Below are positions 1-40,032 of a stretch of 64,000 bases of DNA, piece by piece (position 1 is the first letter of the stretch; every line of letters begins with the position of its first letter). Where the stretch lies: positions 4,409,167 to 4,473,166 of the forward strand of contig CAVNZM010000005.1 in the NCBI GenBank assembly GCA_963693365.1, given 5' to 3'. Position numbers and translations under genes: made by a program. A model generated the notes under the pieces. That model was not told the origin of the DNA. It saw only the letters and a list, made by a program, of their open reading frames with translations, and searched no databases. Source of the stretch: Amoebidium appalachense. Lineage: Eukaryota > Protista > Ichthyosporea.

Positions 1-14391
<14,391 letters not shown>

Positions 14392-15407
14392 CGTGTGGAT
14401 GGACCCACGCACACGGGCTTAGCGAAGTCTGCTGTAACTTTTTTCTTGAACGGGCAGGGCAGATCGTTTCTGGCATAAAGCTGGTGGTTGGCTAGCCAAG
14501 AAGCTGTTGCATAAGGACTATTTCAAGGTGTTTTTGGTAGGGATTATTAAAGCACAGCTTCTTGGCAAGCATAGCTGGAAGATGCACACATCACATTGGA
14601 GCTTGCACACTTCTCAGACGCCAAGTTTTCAAGTTTTGACTTTGAGGTGGTCCGACGATCCCTTGCGGCTCATCTATGCCCTGTTAGTGTTACGTAAGTA
14701 CAAACTTTTTGCCGCCCAGATCTGTAGTCCGCCAAAATGACATCACCAGAGTTGAATTTTGCCCCATGCATAGTCAAGAAATAAATGGTCGAGGTGTCGT
14801 TCAATGAACTAATCCCTGAGGCAAAGAGGGTAACGGTCACTGCTTTTCAGTTTTGCTTTTTTGTGTGTGAGCAGACGCTATAATCATATATATGCTACGG
14901 TAAAGGAGTGTATATTTATTGGAGGCTGGTAGTGGGCAGCAGTTGTGTTGTTGTGCGCGTGGCGCTTGTATTTAGTCGCGCACAGCACAGGCATTCGGCA
15001 ATTTGCAGCCGTACATCAGGCTAGGTAAGTCCCCCTGCTAACACGGTGACATTGTTTTGCCCTTTCTTGCTGTCGTTTATTGAAACACTCTCACAACCTG
15101 TTCACGCAGAAATGCACAGGCATGCACAAGGTTTATGGCGCGAACACAGAGCTTGGCATGACGGAGACATATACACACCAGCAACACACCCCCACACTTC
15201 TGTTGGTAGAGTTATAAAAACACAGCCTCCGGATCTTTCCAAGCTGTCTTTTGCAGGCAATGCTCCTATAACTAAGATTTAACAGGAAATTCATTTCTCA
15301 TGCGTGAAAAGCACATGAATGCGCACTAATTGGCAGCATTACACAAAGCACACGGAGTCATAGAACCCCCCCCCCCACCCCTCCCCCCCCCCCCCCCCCA
15401 CACACAC

Positions 15408-15463
<56 letters not shown>

Positions 15464-15848
15464 GTCGAATAGGAGTAATTCATGTGTAGACAGGGGCACC
15501 TACTGTACTTGCAACCCTCCGCATTGTCCCACTGCACATGCCTGTTAATGCTTTCTAAAATCCACTCTTCGCTCTACCCTCTTTTGGCTCGATATATGGC
15601 TTCCATTGTGCTTATTAATGCGTACTGCTGTATTCTTTTGCTCTTGCTGTTTAAACGTCATAGGGGCCCCCACACAAACCCTTCTGATAGTGAAGCTCTG
15701 TGTGGAATGGTAGGCGCTAAGGCGGTATCATTTACACCAGGTAGCCTCAGGTAGAGTTTGTAGTTAGTGCTGATGATTTCTGAGTTGCAGCTTACTGTTG
15801 AGGTTACCGATAGCCAAGTCACACCTGCAAGCGCTCTTTGGCTGCGCC

Positions 15849-23437
<7,589 letters not shown>

Positions 23438-23670
23438 AGCATGATGTTCCACATGCATATGCACGAAGGAGGGCCACGCTAGTTAATATAATGATGAACA
23501 CCGTGGCATTATGTTGCTAAATAAAGGTACCTGTGTCTTTTTTTTTTTTGCCTCAAAAAAGGTTTAGTGCTATATAGCTCACAGGAGCGTGTCGTGTCGT
23601 GGAAAAGTGTCGAGGGGTTGATTATGACAAGGTGATGTGTCCGTGGGAGGGTGTGTGGTGTATGCTCATG

Positions 23671-23708
<38 letters not shown>

Positions 23709-23713
23709 AGGGG

Positions 23714-23750
<37 letters not shown>

Positions 23751-23952
23751 GGGTAAGTGAATATGTACTCGGTCACTACGAGAGTCGACAGTCGACATAT
23801 GACGACCACACCTGCCATTGCCAGAAAATCGGAATCATACCTAATTTATGGCATACATTTATGTACATACACCCCAGTGGTGGCCAGCACACACCTGGTT
23901 ACATTCACACAGCTCATAAACCTTCATACCGACCACCATACATGCATACAAC

Positions 23953-24888
23953 TCAGTCCTCAGACCTCTTGCGCTTAACCCCCTGCCCTGTGTTCTCTAT
24001 TGCTGGTGGTAGCGGTGGCTCCTCCAAATTTTCCACTGCAGCCCAGTCATAACCTGCAGCACATACAGTTACCACATGTCCCATTTAATATATTGAAGGC
24101 GAAAAACCAAAGGGAAAAAAGGAAAAAAAGAGCAAGAGACCCACCTGCCGTGGCTGCCAGCTGTAGGTCACTGGGGTAGCCGGCCACCATAACGTCCTCT
24201 GTAAATGCTGTCAGCACCCTGCACCAGCACACACACAGCATACGGTCGCTGCAGTACACATGCACACGTATACGCACACAGTGCTCACGTGCACACACAG
24301 GTGCACACCCACCCACACATCACCCATCCGCCCACGTACACACACCGAGAGTCAGAGGCAGGCCCCTCTAGAGGCTCCCCCCCCCCCCCCCCCCTACATA
24401 CACACACAGCGCGTGCACACGCTACCCATACCCACACCCACCCACACACATACCTGGGCAGCCAGCCAGCAGCATGCGCTGCAGCAGCAAATCCTCCTCT
24501 TTCAGTGGACATGCCATCGAGTCTGCCCCCAGGGCCATAGCCACAGTGTGCTGTTTGGTGCGCTGCAGTGCTTCTTCTCTGGCTGCACGCTGCCTGGCTG
24601 CCTTTGCATAAGCGGCTGGTAAAGGCGCTGGCTCACTGCTGACTGCAGGGGCAAGGGGGGTGGCTTGTGGCTCTGCCTGCATCATGTCAGACCCGGCTAC
24701 CATGCCATAAAACATGTGCAGAACTGGACTGAATGTTCGGGCCTCATAGTTCCAGATGTCCACAAGAAAGGGAAGCCCGAGTAACACTCAATACGGGCAC
24801 ACACAGCATCCCCCATGTGGACACACACACGCTTAAGCCCTCCTTGCCCAATACACACCCACCCCATCCCACATGCGGGCATGCGACA

Positions 24889-24948
<60 letters not shown>

Positions 24949-25649
24949 ACTCACACACCCACACACCCACACCCACATATTCATAACTGTGCATACACAC
25001 CTGGTCCAGCCTCTTGAGCATAGTGTCCAGACACCACTGCTGCAGTATGCTCTTGCCCTGGCCCACACAGTCCTTCTTGCTCACCTGCAGCTACGTACGT
25101 CAGCAATCCTATTCCCCCCCCCCCCCCCCCCCCCTCCCCCCCCCCTCCCCCCATCGCCACACACCCACACCCACACCCACCCACCCACCCACCAACACAT
25201 ACACACACACCCACCCACCCACCCACCCACACATACACACCCACACGTGTCTACACAGGAGCCCCACCTCCCCAACCACGCACCTGCACACCCTGGACCT
25301 TTGCCTGCCACTCCAGCGCCTTAATGAATTCTCTTCTGCGCTTGTCATAAGTGTCCACCCCTATCTGCAATCCCACAGGGAAAAATGAGGCCCCATACAG
25401 CACCACAGGAGACGGAACGATGGGGTGTGTGGGGGTGGGGGTGGGGGAGGGAGTAAAATGGGGGGGAGAGGGGGGGGAGGGGGAGGGGGGGGGATGGGGG
25501 GATGTTGACCAATGGCACTAATGCAGGCAGGGATGTACAAACCCATGCCCCAGCACCCACCTGCAGGGCCGTGCATATGGTGCTGCACACCGCGTGTTTG
25601 CTGTTGCCCTCCATCTCCAGCCCTAGCCCTGTACAACATGTCAATATAG

Positions 25650-25685
<36 letters not shown>

Positions 25686-26236
25686 TTCCCCTCCCCTCCC
25701 CTTCGGCCCCCGAGGGCTGTTCAAAGCCAAAATTGCTACCCCCCTCCCCTCCCCCTCCCCCCCCCACCACAAAAAAAAAAAAAGAAAGAAAGAAAAAAGA
25801 ACGAAAGAAAGAGAAGAGAGAGAGAAAATACCCCCCGCCCCCCCCCCCCCTTCAATTACCGTCGTGACGCACCTAGGGCAGCCGCCGCCACGATCAGGGG
25901 CTGTCTGCCAGTGCCTATCCACGCCTCCCTGCCCAGCCCCAGCAGCCGCGTGGCCAGCACCTTCACCTCCTCCAGCCCTCCTGGTCCTGCATCCAAAAAA
26001 AGCATGTGAGCACCCCTGCCATCCCCCCCCCCCCCCCCCCCCACCCCCCCCTTCCCCCCCCCCCCCCAACCCCGGGCATGCCCCACCCCGCCCTGCCTCT
26101 ACACATGCACATGCACACATACACACAGGCACACACACTCACACATAGTCACCCACACCCAGCACCTTTATCCCCTCCCCCCTTCCCCCCTCTCCCCCAC
26201 TGCACATGCGCGCGCGCGCGCGCATGCGTGTGCGCG

Positions 26237-26283
<47 letters not shown>

Positions 26284-26700
26284 CATGTCTGTGAGATGCA
26301 CGCACCCAGATCCAGGGTGCCGAGAGGCCCACCCTCCGTGTCCAGCAACTTTGCGCAGTGCTGCAGGTGGCCCTCCTCACTGGTCACCACCCCCAGCCCT
26401 GTCTGCCACTCATCCTTGCCCACTACCAAAGTGTCAGAAATCCCCCCCCCCCCCCCCCCTCCCCCCCCCCACACACGCACCACACACACACACACCCCTC
26501 ACCCTCCCCCAGCCCCAAATCACACACACACACACACACGCACACGCACAAAGGCGCCAACACCGGGCAGGGGCACCTACCCAGCAGGCTGCGCAGCATG
26601 TTGTGCATACGGCCCAGCCCAAACACGTCCACCTGTAGCTGCAGCTGCAAACCCCCCACCCCTTAAGCCCCCCTCCCCTTTTCCCCCCCTTTCTCCCCTC

Positions 26701-26732
<32 letters not shown>

Positions 26733-27753
26733 TTGGGGCCCACCCAGGCAGGGAACACCCACAGCCACGTCTATCAGGGGCCTTGTGGTGCCATTGTTAA
26801 GAAGAACCCATCGGCAGCAGCTGCCGGCCACCACCCTCGTCATCCTGCCCACAACACAACCTCAAACATCAGGATGGAATTCAAGGCCAGTTTTTGTGGG
26901 CTCTCGAGGCACCTCCGTCCCCCAACCCCACACCTGCTTCCGACCTTTACCTCGCATTTCTCCTATGCCCCCTCTCCCCCCTCCCCCCCCCTCTCCCCGA
27001 CAAACCTCCTCACATCTCCAAGAAACAGTATACCATATCCTACTTCCATATCTTTAATACATGAAGATTCTGTTCCTGTAAAATTACAAAAAACATGATG
27101 ATCCAGCATCCAGCAGGCCCGCACCTGCCATAACTCAGGTCCAGCGTAGCATATGCCTGCTGGAACAGGTGCTTGGCCTGTTCTATGAGCGCACTGCTGA
27201 GCCCTAGCTGCCGCCCAACCTCCACCAACTCTCCAATCCCCTTGCGCTGCAACCAGAATCAGCATTCTGCTTCATGGAAACACACGACGATCTCTTGCAT
27301 GGTAGAGACAAGTACGACAGATTATCTACACTTCCACAGCATCCACTTTCCACCTTCCAATACTAAGACAAAAATTTCTTCCTGGCAACGTGAGGCCTAG
27401 CTGCTTCTGAATAACCTTGCATGCAAAGGGCTGAAAGCCCCGGATATGGCCAGTAATATACTGTAAATATGACGAACAACCATGGTGGATCAGCAATGTC
27501 CCTTTCGACCTATGCCCAACACGCGCCCTTATACACAACAGGACACTGGTTGCCCCCCCCCCCCCCCCCTCTTCCGCTGCACACCCACCCAAATACCACC
27601 ATCCCTCCCCAATTCCCAGCTTATCGTTCCTATCCTAATGCCTTCTCCTCAATGGCCCAAGAAAAGGAGCTAAAATCAGGTTGGTTTGCAGAGGGGGAGG
27701 GAGGGGGGGGGGAGTGAGGGAGGGAGGGGGGAAGGAGAGAGGGAGGGCCCCCC

Positions 27754-27798
<45 letters not shown>

Positions 27799-28420
27799 GA
27801 GGGGCGGGGGGAGAGAGGGGGGGGGCAGGGGGGGGGAGGGTGCTAGACAAAAACACGACAGTTGTGAGGCCTCAGAAAAACCAGAGGCTTTTTTGCTTTA
27901 TTGTCTTCCAAAATACCACTTTTCATCAATGAAAAGGGTGCAATAGAGAACCAGCTCCACGTGCAAAAAAGTACAGCTAGTTCACAGACCTACATGTTAC
28001 CCACACGCCCTACTCACCTCACTCCTCTGGTCGCTCAGCTGCTCGTTCCTCAACCTGCGGTGTGCAAACGTGGGACGGCTGCCGTCCACAGGCACGTGCT
28101 GTGCCCCCGTGCTGTGCTGTGGCCCAACAAGCAGAGGCAGAGACGACCCGGTCACCGTGCCGCACCGTAGGCACGCCTGCAACCGTCTCAGCGCCCATGC
28201 CGCCTCTCCCCCCCCCCCTCCTCCCCCCTCCCCTTCCCCCACTATCCCCCTCCCTCCCGATATTCTTGTTATATCATTAACACAAAACCCCCATCCCCCC
28301 GCCCCTTAATGTCAACCCCTTCTCCCCTCCCCCCCGAGTCCATACCTGGCCCACATTCTCATCGTAGATCGCCACAAGCACCAGCCCGCACCCTGCACAC
28401 AAGGGCCGGCCTGCAGCCAT
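23953..28420 (-). CDS. BRF2: TFIIB-related factor, BRF2-like (Pol III TFIIIB subunit), spliced
   Basis: Zn ribbon CAGC...CLRCGTV split over exons 28420-28346 and ~28174-28018. Cyclin-fold segments RKGIGELVEVGRQLGLS..AKHLFQQAY, VVAGSCC..RPLIDVA and REAWIGTGRQPLIVAAAAL (compare BRF2 ETWLVTGRHPLPVITAA). Stop TGA at 23955-23953. Confidence 0.75.
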
Positions 28421-28572
28421 TCTGGCGACTATTCAAAGTGAAGCCTCGCATGCCGTATAACGTGGACTTTGTTATGCCCACATGCCCACAGACACACAAA
28501 CACAGACACAGACAGGATAAAAAGGTGACACGGGGAACTTGTGAACCCGTCACATACACAGGCAGGCTGATT

Positions 28573-28770
28573 CCCAAACTCGGTCACTTAGTTTGGTTTG
28601 GAGGTCACGTGACCGAGAGTTTGGGTTGACGGAGACGGGGTTTGGGGAAGGGGAAGGACTGAGCTGTTCCGCCATGATCCCGGAACCAATCAGGTTGCAA
28701 AAAGCATGGCGTGATCCAATCAGTTGGCATAAACTATTACGCGGTGCTCCATTACAGCTTTTGGTCCAAT
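28573..28770. promoter_or_regulatory. Putative promoter of the BRF2-like gene
   Basis: Palindromic GGTCACGTGACC (28603-28614) and three CCAATCA boxes (28686, 28716, 28766), 150-350 bp upstream of the ATG. Confidence 0.35.
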
Positions 28771-28851
28771 CAAACTCTGAATCGTATTGAGCATGCGCTG
28801 GGGCATGCTGTGCCATCATAAAATGTGTGCCCCGCGGCGGCGAGCGCAGAG

Positions 28852-28993
28852 TGATATATTTGGTAAATACTCATTTTATCCACCAATCGGAAGAAGATAG
28901 TGTGATGATCGGCATCACACATATCTTCCTGTAGAAGCGACTAAAAAAGTCGTGTTTTTCGCTTCTCTCTCTCAGTCTTTTCCTCGCCGCTTC
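28852..28993 (+). repeat. Left terminal direct repeat of the DIRS-like element
   Basis: Matches 31154-31295 with about 8 mismatches by eye; contains stem-loops GTGTGATG/CATCACAC and AGAAGCGA/TCGCTTCT. Confidence 0.9.
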
Positions 28994-29559
28994 GAAGCGC
29001 GCGTTAGCGAGGCCGGTCTAGTGACCAAGACCAAAGCTTTTGAGCGCAGTGAGCGCTATAGTCGACTGTCGTGTAGGTCCCTAGACTTTAGCTATAATAA
29101 TAGTAGGCCCAGGAACCGCAGATCATTGAGACCGGATGCGCTCGGGAGTTTTTGCAAAACCCAAGTGGGGTTGTGTTTTGGGGTTGTTTGTGTAGCTATA
29201 AGCACCTAGGCACGTCTGGCAACGTTAGCCCCACGGTGTGGGCTGCTCGCGTCAGCATGTACAGCAGCAACGTGTGCTGCTCTCAAGTCCTAGTAGTGGG
29301 CCCCGGCAGCAGTGGTCTGTGCGGGGGCGTCCGGTTATATGCGCTCCCAGTAAGCCAGTGGGCGGGGATTAAGTATGGCATCACACCCGAATGGTGCGCT
29401 GGGCCGCCACCTCCCCACGACATGGGGAGGTACCTAGACTTGGGCGAAGTTTCGGAGGAGGAGGCGTTGGTGGAAGTTGCGCGAAAGTTTAGTGGGTAAG
29501 GGCGCACTTGAACCCATCGACGAGTCCAGAAAGCATTGCGTGTCGACCAAGTTTGGGGT

Positions 29560-30990
29560 GCGAAAACCAAACGGTAAAGTGCCGCTTATAATCGACATCA
29601 GTGCGCCCAGTGAATGAGTATGCCGTACAGCGGGGCCTCAAGTACGAGACGCTCGACTACTATTTCCTCAGCCCATACTACTTCACGCGGCTCATGAAGG
29701 AGTTCGGTCGGCGTCTTCACCGGCGCGGTGTGCGCACGTTAGCGTTCTTCAGTTGGACGACTGGTTGGTCGTAGAACGGCCGCTAAAGGCGCTGCAAACT
29801 CGCGGTGTTGTTGAGGGGGAGCTCTAGGCAACGGGCCTGAGCCGAAATACGGAGAAGGGCCAGTGGGAGCCCACTGACCACTTCGACCATCTAGGCATCC
29901 ATGTCGACCTTGCCGCGGGTGTGTTGGCCCCTACCGCCACCTCTATGGAGAAGCTGGTGGAGGAGACCAAGCGGGTGATGGCCAAGGCTCGCAAGGGCAA
30001 GCGATGGGTGGAAAAGAAGCAAGTCGCCCGGTGGTTGGGGGTGGTCATGAGTCTGCGGGCTGCCACTCCCCACGTGCTGACGTTGGTGCGGCCAGTGTAC
30101 TAATGCCGCCCTACGCGGGGGAAATTGGCACAGTTTAGTTTGGCTTTCGGGGTGTCAGTTACAGATTATCGGTCGGACGCCCCAGTTCATTGGCCCGTTG
30201 CTTCGGGCGGAGATAAGGGCCAACCCGGTCACGGCTACGCTCATCACGGATGCCGCCACCACACACGGCTGGGGGCCGGTGCTTCAAGTGGCGGGATCCC
30301 CTGCCCCTGCGCTTGAGGCGGCGGGCAGGTGGGCAGCCGACGACGCTCCGCGGGCGGCGGCGATTGCGGAGTGTGAGGGCCTGTTGGAGGCCTATCAGAG
30401 CTCTGCCCTGCAGGAAGCCCTCCGTGGGCAGCGGGTGCAGTGGCAAGCCGATGCCCAGGCGGCCCTTGGGGCCGTGCGGAAAAAGGGCAGCGGCAGCCCC
30501 TCGATGCAGCGCCTTCTGTGGCAGCTTCAAGTTCTGCGTTTGTGCCTTGACCACGGGTTGCCTTGGCCACAGGAGGTGGCCTACATCCCGGGTGAGCTCA
30601 ACGACCGAGCGGATTGGCTGTCGCCGGTGGACCCCCGGCATGAATGGCAAGTCACGCCGGAGGCAGTAGAGCGGGTGGAGTGGCTGCTGGGCATGCAGCC
30701 CGAAGTCGATCACCGGGTTTACCACCCACACCTCGGCAGTGAAGGCCGATTTCAATGTGTGGGCCCAGGCAGGGGCTTCCGGTGGGATGGCAGACGGGTT
30801 GGCGGTGCCGTGGACGGCACCAAGCTGGTGGGCGCCTCCGTTAACGCTGATCAAGCGAACGGTGGCCAAGCTGCAGCGGGAAGGTGCAGCAGGCATCCTC
30901 GTCGTTCCAGTGTGGGATATGGCGTCGTGGTGGCCCGTCATCAGGGGTTGGCTTCGGCAAGTGTGCCTCTGCGCCCCTCTGAGGTAATTA
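29560..30990 (+). pseudogene. Disrupted RT - RNase H - adenine-MTase-like pol remnant
   Basis: Motifs are spread across frames with stops (ORF pieces 29921-30103, 30198-31064, 30739-30987). Confidence 0.8.
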
Positions 30991-31153
30991 TCCCGCGCGG
31001 GGTGCGGCCGTGGCGTATGCAAGCATTTCGTCTGGACGGCACCCCCGGTTCCTGGGCAGGCTGAGGGGCCCCAGCCAGCCAGCGTAATTGTATAATAGTG
31101 TATGTTAGCCGGCTGTGTCTTAGTGGACGTAGATAGCAGTTTGGTGTCTAAAA

Positions 31154-31295
31154 TGATATATTTGGTAAATACTCATTTTATCCACCAATCGGATGAAGAT
31201 GGTGTGATGATCGGCATCACACATCTCTTCCTGTAGAAGCGACTATAAAAGTCGTGTTTTTCGCTTCTCTCAAACAGCCTTTTCCTCGCCGCTTC
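31154..31295 (+). repeat. Right terminal direct repeat of the DIRS-like element
   Basis: Second copy of 28852-28993. Confidence 0.9.
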
Positions 31296-31994
31296 TCTTA
31301 GGACCCACCCACCCGCCCGCATTCTGTTTCCTCGCCGTTTGCCTGCTGTTCTCAGCTTTATGGATCATGACTGTAAGTGCTAGGTTGAGGGTAGTAGTGC
31401 TTGCCAGTGGTTGGGGCGGGGGGGGGGGGGGGGGGGGGGGGGATGATTTCTGTTTTCGGGCCCGAGGGCCTTATCTGTATTGATCTCGTATGTATGGCCC
31501 CAGGGCCGGGAGTCAGTACATGTGATTTATTTGCGGCCCAGTGGGGGCCTGCGGGGACGGCAGCCGGGTGCTGCCTCTCATCATCAGACCGGCCACAAAG
31601 CAATCGAAAAGGAGTTTGGTGTCGAAAATCGTAATATTGCGACTTGAAGTCACGGCAACCTTGACTTCAACCAAGTCAAGCTATGCCGACTTGACTTATT
31701 ATTAGAATTGGTGAGAGGAGCTGGTGACTTGTCCTGACTTTCAGTTGCGACTTGAGTCGAAATTCAGGTGACTTTTTACTATTGTAGCGATCATCCGCGA
31801 TGCTACTCCCACATGTGGGCGAGCCCGGGAAAGAAGAGAAACACACGCACCCACGCACCCACGCACCCACCCACGCACCCACACACACACACACACATGT
31901 ACACACACACACACACACGTGCACACACACTAGTAGGGTACGAGCACAGCAGCTTCGTGAAGCTGTGACTTGAAGTCACATGTGCACCTCCCTG

Positions 31995-32211
31995 CAGAAA
32001 AAATTGCCACACACATGCAGGTACACACATACACGCACACAATCATACACGCAAATGTGACATTGATATACATGCACAAGCATTCAATGGCATGTAAGCA
32101 CCACAATCACGAACGCGCGCGCGCGCGCACACACACACACACACCGTGTGCAACCACACACACTGTAGCACACACACACACATGCACACACGCACACACG
32201 CACACACGCAC

Positions 32212-32254
<43 letters not shown>

Positions 32255-32328
32255 GTCAGTGTGCACACACACACACTCTAGCACACACACACATGCACAC
32301 ATGCACACATACACACACACACACACGT

Positions 32329-32384
<56 letters not shown>

Positions 32385-32477
32385 TACACACATACACACA
32401 CAACACACCCACCCACGTGCACACACACCGTGTGTGTACACGCACTGACACACATACACACGTGACACACACACACA

Positions 32478-32528
<51 letters not shown>

Positions 32529-32754
32529 CTTACGCATGGCACAGGCAAACACACGGTCTGTGCAGTCGCACATACACACAGAGACGCGCGCCCACGTGTA
32601 CACGCACACAAGGCACACCATTGCCATGCACATGCGCACACACACGCACACACGTACACACACACACCCCGTGCAATCACACAAGCGTACACAGACGCGC
32701 TGCGTCAGCGCGCACCGTTAACACACACCGTACAAGCAGAGACAGAGATAGAGC

Positions 32755-32844
<90 letters not shown>

Positions 32845-32893
32845 GGGGGGGAGAGAGAGAGAGAGAGACAGAGAGAAGAGAGAGAGGGGGGGG

Positions 32894-32925
<32 letters not shown>

Positions 32926-33376
32926 CGACTCAGGGGGGGGAGGGAGTGTGTGTGTGTGTGTGTGTGTGTGCACGTGTGTGCCTGGTGTGTACACAAGGTT
33001 CTAAGTGTAGCAGACTCCGAGGCTACCCACATGTGAACAGATGTTGTGTTCGAGCCTCATTCAGCTCAACTACAACCTGAGACATACACATATTAAAGAA
33101 GACGCTCCAGAGTGAGCAAAGGCAGAAATCGCCAAACACATGCATGTACACGCACGCACACAATCATACACGCAAATGTGAATTTAATACACATGCCCAA
33201 GCACCCAACGGCATGTAAGCACGCGCGCGCGCACACACACACACACACTGCACACACACACACACTGCTAGCACACACGCACACACGCACACATGCACAC
33301 ACGCACACACGCGCGCGCACACACACACACACCGTGTGACACACACATACACACGTGCACACACACACACACACGT

Positions 33377-33412
<36 letters not shown>

Positions 33413-33552
33413 TACACACACATACACACACAACACACCCGCCGTGCACACACACGCACACACGCACACACACACCCCGTGCAATCACAAAAGCGCACAC
33501 AGACGCGCTGCGTCAGCGCGCACCGTAAACACACACTGTATAAGCCGAGACT

Positions 33553-33583
<31 letters not shown>

Positions 33584-33586
33584 GGG

Positions 33587-33627
<41 letters not shown>

Positions 33628-33673
33628 AGAGAGAGAGAGAGAGAGAGAGCCTCGGAGAGAGGGAGAAAGAGAC

Positions 33674-33707
<34 letters not shown>

Positions 33708-33760
33708 CTCAAGGGGGCGGGGGGGGGGGGGGGGGGGGGGGGAGTGTGTGTGTGTGTGTC
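31995..33760. repeat. Diverged tandem duplication of a (CA)/(GA)-rich composite unit
   Basis: Unique anchors occur twice: CAATCATACACGCAAATGTGA (~32040, ~33161) and CACAGACGCGCTGCGTCAGCGCGCACCGT (~32690, ~33498), each followed by GA and G tracts. Confidence 0.75.
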
Positions 33761-34197
33761 AAATTGATTCGACCGAGTTTGGGCCCACATCGCTGTGGGT
33801 GGAACCCACTAGATCGTTTATCATGAAACGGCTGATCATGACACGGCACCTGGGTGGGAACAGAAGACACTTGACTCAGGCCCGTGCTCAGTGATCACGG
33901 CACCAGGTGACGTGTGTAGCCTGCGTAGAACTTAGTAGCTCTTTCTATTGGGCGATAGCAGCTTTAAAATGTTTTAATCTTTCAGCAAGCAGCTTTCAAA
34001 TGGATATGTCAGGCATGCTGATAACCGCCCCCCCAACATACGTGCTTGTGGTATTATAAACATACCACCGCCCTCAGGTCTGGCGGGTCAAACTGCAAAC
34101 AAGGTGAGAAAGGAGTCAAAGGACTGCCATAGAATATAGATTGGTTCATCTCTTTATGTTCAGTGTATTAACAACTCTACTTTCCAGATTCACCATC

Positions 34198-40032
<5,835 letters not shown>

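Larger units (their letters stand above)
28852..31295 (+). mobile_element. Decayed DIRS/Ngaro/PAT-type (tyrosine-recombinase class) retroelement, deletion derivative
   Basis: Flanked by 142-bp direct repeats. Frameshifted RT remnants (KPNGK, PVNEY, KYETL, SPYYFTRLMK, LDDWLVV, EKGQWEPT..HLGIHVD). DIRS-type RNase H (ITDAATTHGWG, ADAQAAL..KKGSGS, YIPGELNDRADWLS). Dam-like segment (DGLAVPW..APPLTLI..ILVVPVW..WWP). No gag or recombinase seen. Confidence 0.85.
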
